A stretch of DNA of 64,000 nucleotides. Source: Vicugna vicugna (lineage: Eukaryota). Position 1 is the stretch's first letter. Every line of letters begins with the position of its first letter. The translations under genes were made by a program, and so were the position numbers. Below, in pieces: positions 1-12,410 of the stretch. The notes under the pieces are model-generated. The model made no database searches, was not told the origin of the DNA, and saw only the letters and a program-made list of their open reading frames with translations. Location: positions 5,192,066-5,256,065 of the forward strand of contig MU058221.1 in the NCBI GenBank assembly GCA_013265495.1, written 5' to 3'.

Positions 1-15
1 CATCCTCCCCAGACC

Positions 16-3000
16 TCAGATCATGGCGACGCTCTCAGGGGCACAGTTGAGGTGTGTGGAGGCGCTGCTGCTCCCGGAGGACTTGCAGGCCCGGCCGGGG
101 GCAGGCTGCAGCGCAGCCACCAGTGTCTCTGAGGAGACTGCCCCGAACTCGTAGCTGAAGGTACCGCAGAAAATGAGGATGTCGATGACATAGACCCACT
201 CACACAGGGCTGCCCCGTGCTGCAGCTGGGAGCTCTCGTGGATGAAGAAGACACCGTCTGGGAGGGGGCTAAGGAAACGTTCAGTAGGATGTGCAGGAGG
301 CTGGGGATAGCCTTTCTGCTCCCCAGGTATGTGACTAGGCCGGGGCAGAGGACCAGGCCTCGCCTACCAGGAGGGGAAGCAGAAGACCACACTGGGCAGG
401 GGTGACCGCCCTCCACCCCCTCATCTTGGGCGGGAGGGGGCTGGGCCACAGGACTTGTTCCTGGCTGCCCTGTCCTGGAAGGATACTGAGGATCAGAGTG
501 ACAAAGGCGATAGCTGCCAGCAGGATCCGCAGGTAGGCCACAGCCAGGTCCTGGGGGGCAGTGGCCCCATGGTAGGAGAGGGCAGAGTGCAGGCAGACAA
601 AGAGCAGCCCGGTGGTGAAGGCCACGCCAGTTCCCACGTAGTGCAGAGACTTAGCGTGATCCACCTGGGCCCAGACGGGGCTGATCTGTGAAGCAGCCCT
701 ACTCCCCACCCCCTTCACACCACCTGTCCTCCCCTCTTCTCCCGTCTTTCCCTCCCAGGCCCTCCCGTCCCCACTCCAACCTTGACAGGCTTCCCCTGCC
801 ACGAGTCAACCCTCAGGAAACGGAGGGTCCCTGCAGACAGCTCAGCCCTGTTAGGGGGAGTTCAAGAGGCAGCCAGGTGGGGCACACCTGAAAGTTGCCG
901 ACTACCACAAGGCCCGCGGCGTTGGTGCAGCCTGTGATGAGCGTCGTGGTGTTAACCCAGGAATGACGATTCTGCTCCAGGAGCTGCCCATAGCGCAGGA
1001 GGCAGATCAGGACCACTGGGGGAGGAGAGCACAGGTGGGGCTGGCACCTTCCTCTGGCCCTGACCCAGCCGGGCTAGCCCGCCAGCTTCCCCCCAGATAC
1101 ACTGAGGGCCGGAAGGGAACAGAAGGGCAGGCGGGGAACTGGGCTTCCGCAGGCTTGGGGCAGCAGGGCGGCTGTGTGGGAGCCAGCCTTTGGCCTTCGA
1201 GGAACAAGAGAGAAGTGGCCAGTCTAGCCTTAGCGCTTAGTGGGGTGGGCTGGGCGAGGCCAGGGCTTCCTGGGCCTTTCCGGGGACTAGGTGTGACGGT
1301 GGGCTGGACTGGGCTGGGGGGGAGGGGTGCTGAGAGCACAACTCACCCATGAAAGCACCCATGTTGCCAATGAGGCTGAAGAGGCAGCTCTCTGGAGGGT
1401 ATGTGCCGCACTTGCTGAGAGGAGGGGGCGAGGACAGAGTGAGGCAGAGGCCGGAGCACTGGAAGGCCCCCGTTCTGGCCCACCTGCTCTCCTGTGCCTT
1501 ATCTGCGCCTGTTCCCCAGCAGGCAAGCCACTGATGTGTGAGAAAGGCCAGTGTCCCTCACAAACACTTGGCCCTAGGCTGGCCGCACCCATCCCCCTCA
1601 AGGCAGAGCTCGTGTGTATCGGGTTAGGGAGTGCCCAGGATGGCTCAGCACACCTCGACACTTCTTGGACTCCCTGAGACTGTCGAGGCCTGCAGCTAGT
1701 CTGGCTTTTCTTAAGCCAGAACCTGGGCAGGGCAATCAGAGGAGCCTGAACTTAAATCCAGGTGCCTCTACTTATAGCTTAGTGACCTGGATGGACGACA
1801 TAGCTCGGTCTCAGTTTCCCTGCCTATAAAATGGTGAAACAACAGCTGCCTCAATGCTGGGAGAATTAAATGACCTTATGTATGTAAAGCATTCAGCACA
1901 ACGTCTGGCACATAGTAATTGGGAAGTAGTATTGTAATTAAGTGCTCTTGAGAGAATTATTATTCCTGTGACTCAGGGACAGGCCTTTGCTTGAGGGCCT
2001 TGTGTCTCCCTGACCTGCCTGGTTTCTAGGCCTTACCTGATGAGGGGGACATCGTCCAGGGTGCAGCAGGTCTTGGGGCCCCCTGGCTCAGTGGGGTCAG
2101 GAGAGCAGGATTCGTTGTAGGACCTGACAGGCAGGACAGAGAGTAGACTAGGGGGGAAGGGGTTCCCCCAGGCCCTTGGCCTGTAGCCTCAGGCTGCTCG
2201 GAGACCACCCTCCCAGACCTCCCTCGGCAGGGGCAGAACAGGCCACTTCCCAGGGCCCGCCTGAGACAGAAGCCAAAGGGGTGAACGATGGTGAGAAGCA
2301 GGTAGGTGGGCACGAAGCCATGCCTGGGGAGGGGCAGGCGCTGCCAATGTCAGAGAAGAGCAGTGAGGCCCAGTGTCTCCATCTGGCTCGAGGCAGCCCC
2401 CGCCCAAGAGGAAACAGAGATGAAGGGAACTTTAGAGTGAAGCTGTCTGCAGAGTGCGCCATACCAGTTCTCCACGGGGCACACGTGGTGGTTCATCACG
2501 GCCATGGCATACCTGCGGGAGCACAACTGTCACCCGGCCCCCATGACGCACCCAGCCTGCCCCCGCTGACTCTTCTCCTTTGGTTCTGCCCTGAATCAGC
2601 CTTACTGTCTTTGCTGGGGCTCAAGCTGGGGCTGGCCCTGCAGCTTGACACTACACTAAAGCCCACTGCATGGCCCCAAACTGCAGGACCTCTGGAAGTT
2701 GCCTTGGCTAAAAGTCTGTCCATCAGGGCCACCCTGCTGGACAGCAGTGGTGCCAGCTTGTCCCAAGGGGCTGTGTGCCCAGGCACTAGGCCAGGCTTTG
2801 GAGGCAGCCAGAGTGACCCTGGGTACCACCTGGGAGCCTGCAACAGGACAAGGGACTTTGTGTGTGCCATGTGGCGTCTGTTGGGTCCTGGCTGGGCCTC
2901 GTCCCTCCTCAGGCTGGGTCCATTTTGTCCCCTAGTTACCTTCCCCCTCCCCCTCTTTACTTACACAGTCCATAGGCCAGTGATGGAGAATGCTGACAGG

Positions 3001-3029
3001 CTGACAGGAAGGAGGATCCAGGCGGTCAT
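16..3029 (-). CDS. TMEM150A: Transmembrane protein 150A (DRAM/TMEM150 family), 271 aa, 7 coding exons
   Basis: Exons (minus): 3029-2965, 2512-2465, 2123-2037, 1414-1347, 1015-888, 664-487, 257-16. All GT-AG with consistent phases; 816 nt. Translation [44 protein letters not shown]...[15 protein letters not shown]...[12 protein letters not shown] matches the known TMEM150A protein. Confidence 0.97.
1745..1920. repeat. MIR SINE fragment
   Basis: MIR core motifs tctcagtttccc..tataaaatgg and atgtaaagcattcagcaca..ctggcacatagta. Confidence 0.7.
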
Positions 3030-3199
3030 GAGGAAGGGAAGCCAGGGTGGTGGTGGTGTGGGGAGGAGGACAAGAGGTAGGTGGGGAGGAGGAGGTGAGC
3101 CCAGCTACCTCAGGATACTTGGCCAAAACCATCAGCTGCCCGGGCCTGGTGGAGAGAGACAGCTCAAAGTCCAGGGTCTACTGACTGGCCAAAGCCGGT

Positions 3200-3990
3200 G
3201 CGGGGGAGAGGAAGATGATCAACGCCAGATTCAGGGCTCCCGCTGCGGCTCTGAGCGCCCACACTTGGGGCTGCGCCCACGCCGAAACGTGGACACTCTC
3301 CGGCACCTACCGGGGGGCCTCCGCGCTCCACCCAGATGTTCAGATGCCGCGGGGCCCTAAGATTTGGAAAGCGAGTCCTACTCCCTCGCCTGAGGGTCCT
3401 GGGCTGGGAGAGGCTGGCGTCAGGACAGTCCAGAGGGCCACGCCAAGGGAAGCATGGGAAGGGGGTCCGGGGCCCGGTGGAGGGGCGGCTGCCCGCCCGC
3501 AGCCACCTGACCACCGGCGCCGCGGGGAAGGGGCGGGTTCACGTGGGAAGCCCAGCCCGGCCCCCGCCCGCGTGGGCGCCCGGAGCCCACGCCCTGCGAG
3601 TCCCCTGGACCCGGGGTCCCGTGCCCGCAGGTGATCCCTGGAGGTCCCGAGAGAGGAAGGGGCCCAGTACGCACCTCCCCGAGCGCCCTGCCACCGCGCC
3701 CTGCTCAACCCCCGCGTGGCGCCGTCCCGGCTGCGGCCCTCGGAGCGGCCCTGAATGGTTTAAAGGGCCGAGCGGCCCCGCCCCCGGCGCCCCGGGCCGC
3801 GCCGCGCCGCGCCGCCCGCCGGGCCGTGGAGTCCGCGCCGGCCANNNNNNNNNNNNNNNNNNNNNNNNNNNNNNNGGCCGGGGGGCGGGGGCGTGGGACC
3901 GGAGCGGAGGCGCCGACCTGAGACGCCAGAAGGCTAGGATGCCCGCTCGCCCTGCTCCTGCGGGCACCGCCTTCCAGCTGCCCATGTGAG
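3200..3990. promoter_or_regulatory. CpG island / TMEM150A promoter with non-coding exon 1
   Basis: Very GC- and CpG-rich, with GC boxes and TTTAAA at 3759-3764. Minus-strand donor GAG|GTGCGT at 3675/3674. Exon 2 acceptor (polypyrimidine-CAG) at 3146/3145. Confidence 0.8.
3845..3875. other. Assembly gap (31 N)
   Basis: Run of N inside the GC-rich island. Confidence 0.99.
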
Positions 3991-4478
3991 TGTCATCGTG
4001 CATGTGGCTGGAGGGAGCCTCCCTGAACCCCTGGGCACATTTTGCAGCCTGGACTGGCCGACAGAGACTTAAGGGAGCCTCTCTCTGTGTGGCGCCCGTG
4101 CCTGCCTCTGTTCAAGGCGAGGCGGGTCTTCAGAGAAGCAAGCACAAAGCCTTGGCTGTTCCTTAAGAAATTCAAGCGCCCTGGATTTGGCTTCTGCTTC
4201 CCTCGGCTCAGCAAACTCTGGAGGAGGGCTACTTTGATCAGATACTTTTTATTTTCAAAGGTACAAGTACACAGAGTACTGTCCAGAAGTCAGTGTCCAA
4301 AACATGTTTCCTGACTGCTGAGCAATTACTTGAAACAATATCCATTCCAAGTAGACACACATGGCCAGGTGTTGGTAGGCAAGAGACAGGAGAGGAAGGC
4401 GGGAGACCCGGAGCAGTTTGGGAAAAAGCAAACAGGGCAGTGTGGTGATAAAGTACCCAATGGCTTCCCCAAAACTAA

Positions 4479-4899
4479 TGTCAGCTGAAAAAAATGTACA
4501 GCCTAAGAGTTTAGAATTATGTTTTATTCTGCAGACTTTCTGAGGACTCAAGTCACGGAGGCAGCCTTTCAGACAGCTTTGAGACTGTTCAAAAGAGATA
4601 CGGGAGGAGCCAGGATATAGGAGTTTTTACATCAAAAACCAGATAGTCTTAACATTGAAAGATGACTGTTAACTAAAGCCAGACAAGATAATGAATTTAG
4701 CGCTTTGCAAGGTATGGGAAGGTTCGAGTCTGGACTCACTGAAGTCATTCCTCTGATAAGCGTCTTAACAATCTAGGGCCAGTAACCTGCTTTTCTCCAT
4801 CCGGATCCCCTCAGGGTGCACAGTGGGGGGGTGGCTGCTGGCTTGAGGGCCACAATGTCCTTTATTTACTGACAAGGCAGGCGACATTCTTCGTCCACG
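4479..4899 (-). mobile_element. Solo LTR, ERV1 class (MER41-like)
   Basis: Starts TGTCAGCTGAAAAAAATG, contains ttatgttttatt (minus-strand AATAAA) and ends gacattcttcgtccac. Resembles cetartiodactyl MER41-type LTRs as I recall them; family name tentative. Confidence 0.55.
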
Positions 4900-6005
4900 C
4901 TTAACTGACCAAAGGTGCCCTCCTGGACACTCTGGATTAAAAGCAATACTTCCTTACACACACTAGAAGTGTGCCTGGCACTCTAATCAGCAGCCCGGCA
5001 TCTGTTGGAGTCCTTGTGAGACAACACTGGGGCTGAAAGACCTTGACCTGAAGGAAGCATGGGCCCAGGCTGCCAGGAGCAGAGGAGCTTGAGTTTGGCA
5101 GCACTGGTGAGATAGATAATATGCAGAAACAGGGCCTTGTCCTGTGGGGGAAATGGAGCAGATAAACTGGACAATGGCTTGAGGAAGGAGAAACCCTTTT
5201 GGACCTAGTGGAAGGTCAGAATGGAAACAGGAAACCTGTCGGAAAGCCCTTTTCCAAACTGCGTCAGGACAAGTACTTAAAACAGGATTAAGAAGTATGG
5301 TTGTGCAGTGGTTGCTGTACAAGAAAACCCAGCTGAAGGTCCAGCTGGGTATAAAATCCAGTCCACTCCCTGCTGGCCATACTCTGCGCCCCAGGACAAA
5401 GGAGTGCCTTTTAATTTATAGAGAAGCACCACTTTCCTGCCCAGGTGTGTTCCCACTGGAGTAGGCACATTTTTCTCGTCTGCCTGATGATGCTGTGAAC
5501 TCTCAGCATTTCCTCCTTCATTAGAAGCTTTGCGATTCTTAATCAACACTTACTATACCCCACTGAGCTGGGTTTCCACTCCTCTCCAACCATCATCATG
5601 GGGAGGGCCTGAGTGGACCACTCAGGTTCTAAACTGGCTGTCCTTTCACCAAGTGGTGGGTAAGACCAGCACTCCAGAGCCTTGACAAGGAGGCAGATTT
5701 TGGCTTAATATGGCCGTCTGAGCAGTCCCTAAAATAGGATGATTTTAGGGCCTTTATGGGTCACCGGTTGGGAGGAATTGCATTTTCAGGTGAGAAGTTG
5801 GACCAAGTGTCTTTAAAATTCCCTTCCAGCTCTAATGCCACATGAGTCTAGTTGTTATGCTCCAACCAGGACAGTTCTTAAAATAGGCAGAACTAGAAAC
5901 GAGATTCCAAGTGCTGATTCTGTGGTGCTGAGTGGCTTCAGGGCATGTAACCTTCAGTTCCCTATGTACACAAGTGATTTCACAACTCTTGGCAAAAATA
6001 GTATG

Positions 6006-6086
6006 TTTATTGGTTAAAAACAATACTGTATTTGAAAAGTACCTTCCTTCCAGGATTTTCAAATAATTCGCACAATTCACTTTATT
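6006..6086 (-). terminator. Candidate polyadenylation signals of C2orf68 (two AATAAA), implying a ~3.5 kb 3' UTR
   Basis: tttatt at 6006-6011 and 6081-6086 in an AT-rich stretch downstream of the C2orf68 stop at 9503. Confidence 0.5.
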
Positions 6087-9000
6087 CATCCACACAGAAC
6101 ATTGGAAATGAGAAAACAGAAGAATGTACGGCTTTTTATACATTTAACACAACACAACTAGTGCAACCGGCCTCGCATTCAGGTGGCTCCAAGGCAGAGG
6201 AGCCATTCACTCTCTTCCCTTCTGGCATCACTCCAGCTGCTGGGGAAATTTGGGGCGGGTACCTATGGCTTCTTGGTCATTTGATTCCGCAGGGACAGGA
6301 CAGGAATTCAACGAGGGAGCTTAAAACGTTTCAGACAACTGTCAACATTCCACGGTGATTCTCCCCAAAGAAGGCTCAGAGGTAGCAAAGCAGTTTGTCC
6401 TTATTCTTCTATCTGCAAAGGCCTCACTTACATTTGTGAACCAGCTGGAGATCCCAACCCTACCATCCACGGACCCTGCCAAATGCACAGCAGGCTGGAT
6501 GCTTGCCACCCCAGAGGGTTTCTTCCAGCTCCACGGGGTGATCTCTAGATGGCAGTGCCTCTCAAACTGGGCCATGCAGAGGCTTGTCCACAGGGAGAGG
6601 CATTTGTTATTGACCATGTTGGTGATACGAGCTGGCCTCCTACTCACTCAGGACAAAAAGCTTTACATTCTTCTTTTCCCTTCTTGCATTACATTCTTCA
6701 AAGACTTCCATGCTTGCCAACTGGCTGGAACTCAAGCTTTAGTGTTTACTCTTGCACAGGCCAAAGCCCCTGCAAATCCCAACCTTCTTCTATTTGTAAC
6801 ATCTCCCACTGTGGCCCAGGAAACACAAAGCCTTAAAACCCAAGGCTTACCCTCAGTAAGGGACGAACACTGCATTTTGGGTGAGCATGAGATGTGCCTG
6901 TCAGGCTACCAGACTTTCTTTTTCCCCAGCAGCTGGGAACACATCTAGTCAAATGAGTGTTGATTCTGAAGCAGCCTGCTGGAAGGCTCCAGCCAGTCTA
7001 ACACTGTTGCCACTGCACCAAACAGCACATTCTCTTTGGGGCATCTCTAGGGCCTCTCAGAAATGCTCTGGAACATGCTCCTTGATGGCAAAATGCTGAT
7101 TTTTAAAAAGAGCTAAAAGATATCGGGAGGCAAGGCTGGCAAATAAACTGGAGGGGACCATCTTGGACTGGGATGAGGTGTGGCAGAAGCAACGAGTCTG
7201 AGCTATAAGGCTGTCAGTGGGCTGAGGGCCATCACTATAGAAGCATTTCAGACACGCCTGGAGCAACAGCAATCACACCACCAAGAGGCCCGCTCGGAAG
7301 GGCAATGTCTCACTTAAGTACCAGGCTTAGTGCTCTATGGTCCTGTGGCCTAAATTAGCTAAGAATTAGAATGCTTTCTTGAGTGGGAAGTACTTTATAT
7401 GCACTTGATAAGCCAAGTCCCTCAAGAAAAAGTTTACAAGCAAGATGTTCCCATCAGGCTCTTACCTGTGAGTGAGGACGACGTGACAAACACACAGGAT
7501 AGGATAGGTACCCACTTCTCACAAAACAGGGATGGGGGCTAAAATTTCAGGGGCCATGCCCCCTGCCTCCTCTTCTGGTCTTGTTTCTAAATTCTCTTAA
7601 GAAATCCAGAACCAGGCCATCCAGCTGTGAGATGATGAATCCAAAAAGTATTTCTAGGCTCAGTAACTGAAGGTTCCAGGGAAACCCTATCGCCAAGTCA
7701 GAAGATCAGCTGAAGAGCTGGAAGACTAAAGTGACTGGTCCTCTGAGCTGCAGAGAGACTGGGGACAGAGCATGGCATCATCTCCTCGACCCAGGAGGCT
7801 CCGGAGCATAGTTAGTTAATCGTGTAAGTCAAAAGGCACTTCCAGCCTGGCTGACTGAGGGCAGACTTTCTCCTTTGAAAGTAGGACTGAGCCCAGGACT
7901 GGCAGGTTTAAGGCATTTAAACTTGGGCCGGCTCTGTGGGCCAGGAGCACTCCGGTCCCTGGGTGATTCACAACCAGGCCCCTCTAACTTATCCATCTCA
8001 CTCACGTTCCCAGCAAGCTGTGACCTGCTGCATTTTCATGATGTACTTAAAGTAGCTGCCTTGCCTCATTTCTGAGCTGGTAGATTTTCAGGGGTGTAGG
8101 GCACAAACCAAAAGCGCCCTCGGGTGTCCTTAAAGAGAAAAGCTGCTCTGAATCTCCAGCCACACTGATCTTGAGACCCTGATGTGAAGAAACCTCTGGT
8201 GCAGGGGGACTTTGGCTTGAAGTCTCAGCGCTCACAGGCTCACTTAAACCCCACACTTCAAGTCACTGGGGTCAGGCCCATTTGCTGGAAGACGGAAGTG
8301 GCTTGGAACTGCAGTGCACAGGACTTCTTGCGGACTTCAGCCTTTAGCCTAACCCTGCATTAGAAAAAATGTTCACTTAGGTGACAGCAGTGATATTCCT
8401 GAGATCTATCCTCAGGGTCTCTTAAGAGTTTATATACTCTTGAGAGGTAGGAAAGGAGAAAGCACAGAGCAGGGGAAGGGCAAGTGACAGAATCTTGTTT
8501 CACTTCCTCTGGGGTGATGTTCCGCGCCACCCCCGCCCACAACTAGGGTTCCAAACAGGCAATTATTGCTAATGTTGAATTTCCCTTTGCATGTACACTC
8601 AAGACTGTTATCACATTTGGAAACGCAGTTTCAAGCTTGTGTTGGTAATTCCCTTTTAGCCTGAGCAAAAGATGGTCTGTTCAGAGCTAGGGATGACTCC
8701 GGAAGCTGGAACTCTACAGTCTAGCCAAGGCAGGTTTTGTTGCAAGAAATCCTTGCAGTTTAGTTCCAGCATCATCTTTCTAGGCCCCTTATCTAGACCC
8801 TGTGGTGCAGTGGGGTGTGAGAGAAACCTGCAAAAGCTGTGGAAGGGGAGGGAGCCATGCTTGCAAGTGGGCCTCAAAGAAGATGCTCTCCCACTTGATC
8901 GGTATCAGAAATACTGGGAACGCTTGTCAGAAAGGTAGACCCTCCGGAACCCCCCACGTCCAAAGTGCTGAGCAACTGTAGGTGCATAGTCACGTTGGGA

Positions 9001-9502
9001 GGTGGGGGTGGGGTAGAACTGATGGATTTGGAGACAAAAAGATGAGGGAAAGACAAGAAGAAACAGCTAAAAAGATCTAGGAAAGCACAGACGGAAGTGA
9101 GCAGAAGCGTGGAAGAAAGGAATTATAACGAACACAGCTCACAGAGCTGGGCGGAGCAGCGGCGGCCAGGTGTCCCGAGGCATGGGGTCTCCGTAAGAAA
9201 GCAGCACGTTGGCAGAAGGCTTCATGAACCGCAGCTCTCTCTGGAGTCTTGGCTTCCAGAACATCAAGCCAACCAAACAAAATGCTCAAAAAATTCCAGA
9301 ATATTAGTCTGGTCAAGTAGGCCAACACAAAAGAAAGAATGGCTACAAGGGACGTGGCCAGGTATGGTTCCTGCGACGCCCTTTTCCTGTGATCGTGGCA
9401 GCTTTCGGTGGGGTGGGGGTGGGTGGGTCTCAAGATCAGCCCAGACTGGCCCTGGCACCTCCAAACTAGGGGCCAGCTCCCTGGGCAGCGAGTCCAGTCT
9501 GG

Positions 9503-11312
9503 TCAGTGTCGGCTCTGGCGCTTTGCAATCTCCTCCTGGATGCGCAACTTGAGGGCCTCTCGCATGGGTGGATCCAGAGGCGTGTGTGCTGATACCTCCT
9601 CACTCACCTTTCCTGGGTCATCATCCTACGTGGAGGAAGAGTCAGGAAGCTCAGGGCCGGGCCTGTTCTGGAAAGGCGACCAGCCCTGTCCCTAGACAAC
9701 ACTCTCACAGAACTCCGTCTGACTCACAACTTCTTGCCAGTGCCTGTCATTTCCCAGGTGTCCCCTGTAATAGTGACTCTCAACTGGGGCCATGAGCCCT
9801 CCCTGGTGCCTGATGAGAATCACTGTGTCACAGGAGCAAGTGGTGCTCAAAAGCATCGCCCAGCAGTCTGTGCTCCCATGTAGAGCAGACACTTCCCACC
9901 GGCCCTGAGGAAAACAGTGGCTCGGGGTCTGGCAGTGATTTCCACCACAGCCCAGGACCTTCAGGCTGAGCTGTTTCCACCAGGCGTACCTGATACACGA
10001 TAACTGACGTGATGTCTCCGCTGTCTGCCTCGAATTCTAAGCAGAAGAGCTGATGGCCAGGATGCTCTGGCTCAGAGCCGCCACTACTGCTGCTTTCACC
10101 GGACTCCTCACAGTCTGGGTTGCTTGGGTGGACAGAGCCATCTGGAAGGATGAACCAGAGTGACAGGGAAGAGGGGAAGGCTGCTGGAGCCCCTGCCCAG
10201 AGACGATACAGGAACACACACTGTAAAGAAAGCCCCAATCTTCTTACACACCCAGAATGTGTGTGTGTGAAATGTGCCGCCCATCAGGAGTCCTGCCCCT
10301 GGACCAGCACAGTCCTATCACGCAGTAGGCACACAACACACATTTGTCTACAGCATTGGAAGACAGTGGTGAGGCAGATAGCACTCTCCCTCGGTTCAAA
10401 TCCAGGCTCTGCCATTTACTTCTCAGAGATCTCAGATGAGTTACTAAACCTCTCTGTACCTGTTCTTCTGACTGTGAAACAGTTCCCTTGCTATGGAGTC
10501 CCCTGGAAAGTAAATGAATTAACATGCATAACATCTAACAACGCTTTAAGGGAGTCTCAACAAATTTAGTCTCCTTTCTTAACTACTGTAATCTCTGGGT
10601 CGCAGGGAAGCTGGGGGAAAAAGGCCATTAACTGGGTTTGGGCCTCAATCCACAATTATGTCTTGTTTGCCTAGTGCTGTGCCAAACTTTTTCTTCTGTT
10701 AGGTGGTGAGAATACGAAAATAAAGTATGGTGGGGCAAACCAGCAGACCACTTCTTGCAGACTCCCAGGTATGTCCAGCAATAGCGATGCTTAACTTGAA
10801 CCCTCCCTGTTCTGCGGGGATAATCAACTGGGCGGCAATGGGGAGCCTCGAGGCGGAGGTTCCGGGAAGGGACCAGATGAACTGAGCCTTGGGGGATAAG
10901 AAGGGTTTCTTTCCATATAGAAAAGAGGAGTGCGTCGAGGCAGAGGGCCTGGGGCCAGAGGAGCGCGGGGGCTCGAGGAGGCAGGCGGGGCGGGCGGCCT
11001 CACCTCGGTGGCGCGGCAGGTACACCTGCCGGTCGGGCTTCCGCGGCCGCGTCGGCGCGGGCGTGTGCCGCCTCCTCGCCTTCTCCTTGGCCGCCTGCTT
11101 CACCTTCTTGTCGTAGTCGTCCCTGCGGGGAGCCGAGCGGGAGTCAGGGGCGGCCGGGCCGGGCCGGGCCGAGGGTGGCGGAAGCGGCGCGGGGCGGGGC
11201 GGTACCGAGCGAGCTGGTTCCGTCGGATGTGGTGCACGAAGCCGTGGCTCATGTCCAGCCGCCCGCCGGGCTTGCAGCAGAGGCCCGGCCCGGACCCCGG
11301 CGCCCCTGCCAT
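9503..11312 (-). CDS. C2orf68: C2orf68 ortholog (UPF0561 protein), 166 aa, 4 exons
   Basis: Exons (minus): 11312-11206, 11122-11004, 10141-9990, 9625-9503; 501 nt; GT-AG. Translation MAGAPGSGPGLCCKPGGRLDMSHGFVHHIRRNQLARDDYDKKVKQAAKEK...LFCLEFEADSGDITSVIVYQDDDPGKVSEEVSAHTPLDPPMREALKLRIQEEIAKRQSRH*. Confidence 0.95.
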
Positions 11313-11950
11313 CTGGAGCCCTGGGCGCGGAGCCGCCGCCGCCGCCGCCTCAACGGCTGCAACGGCGCTTCTCCCGCCGCGCGCGCTCGGCGCCGCCCCG
11401 CGCTCGACTTCCGGCCCCGCGCCCTGACGTCGCCGGGGAAGGGCCGGCCGGGCCGAGCGTCGGCGCGCGCGGGGCTCCCGGCGCGGGCGGGGGGCTGCGA
11501 GTGGGGATGCGCCGTGCGCGCCTCGCCCTCCCCCGGCGGGGCTTTTCCTTCGCGGCACACCGGTAGGAAGGCAGGACTAGATACATCCGAAAGTTCAGAG
11601 AACCACAAAGCACCCGTCACGCCGCTCAGCGTTCGGTGCGGAGCTTTCCCGTCCTGTTTCCTGTGGTGGGCTGCCGTGAAACTTCCATCAATAGCTGCGT
11701 GACCTTGGCTGACTCCTGAGCGCCGCTGTGCCTCAGTTTACTCATTTGTAAGTGGGAGCACTGAGAGCACCTACCTTCAAAGAGGTGATGAGGAGGCGAG
11801 TGCCCGCGCAGGGCACAGAGCGGCGCCCCGGCCCGCCCCTGGACCCCGCGCCCCAGGTGGCGGGGACGCCCCTTCCAGCCCGCCCAGCGCTGGAGCTCTG
11901 CGCGCGTCTCGCCACCCAGCTCACCTCGGCGCCCGTCGGACCGATGTCCT
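10930..11950. promoter_or_regulatory. CpG island / C2orf68 promoter
   Basis: CpG-dense. (GCC)6 at ~11332-11349 in the 5' UTR, ETS-type ACTTCCGG at ~11408, CRE-like TGACGTC at ~11425, GC boxes. Confidence 0.8.
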
Positions 11951-12069
11951 AACTCTCCCTGTGGGAGGACCCAGGTTTTTCAGGGGTCTTGAGCGTGTGC
12001 CATTTTTAAAATCTCTTTAAAAAAAAAAGATAAAACTAGCAATTTGTGTTTAGAACAGGGACAGACTGG

Positions 12070-12410
12070 CGCATCCGCTAGAATACTGCTGAGCAATCAA
12101 AAGCGACGAGTTGTTGTATACTCAGCAACGTGGATGAATCTCAAAACAAATACGCCGAGTGAAAGAGGCCAGGCAAAGAAAGGGGACTCGCTGTGTGCTT
12201 CCGTTTATATACAACTCTAGAAAGTGACACTGATCTGTAGCGATCAATGAAAGCTGATCAATGGTTAGAGCAGAACACTTGGTGGATGGTGGTTAGGTTC
12301 ATAATCTTGATCGTGATGATGGTTTCGTAGTGCATACATACTTCCATCAGTATTTAGCAAACAGTACACTTTAACGTGCACTATATTGGACGGCAACCAC
12401 ATCTCAGCAG
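12070..12410 (+). repeat. Old L1 (L1ME-like) 3' fragment
   Basis: gaatact..gcaatcaaaag..caacgtggatgaatctcaaaac..gagtgaaagaggccag motifs typical of ancient L1 3' ends. Confidence 0.6.

Noticed and set aside
6355..6948. 197-aa ORF
   Set aside because: GTG start, no recognisable homology or splice structure, and it lies antisense within the probable C2orf68 3' UTR.
7460..7472. Strong minus-strand donor CAG|GTAAGA in the C2orf68 3' UTR (possible read-through to TMEM150A)
   Set aside because: A single motif expected by chance in several kb, with no other support.
10889..11702. Several overlapping 100-175 aa ORFs around C2orf68 exons 1-2
   Set aside because: Artefacts of extreme GC content, with Ala/Arg/Pro/Gly-rich products and no domain.
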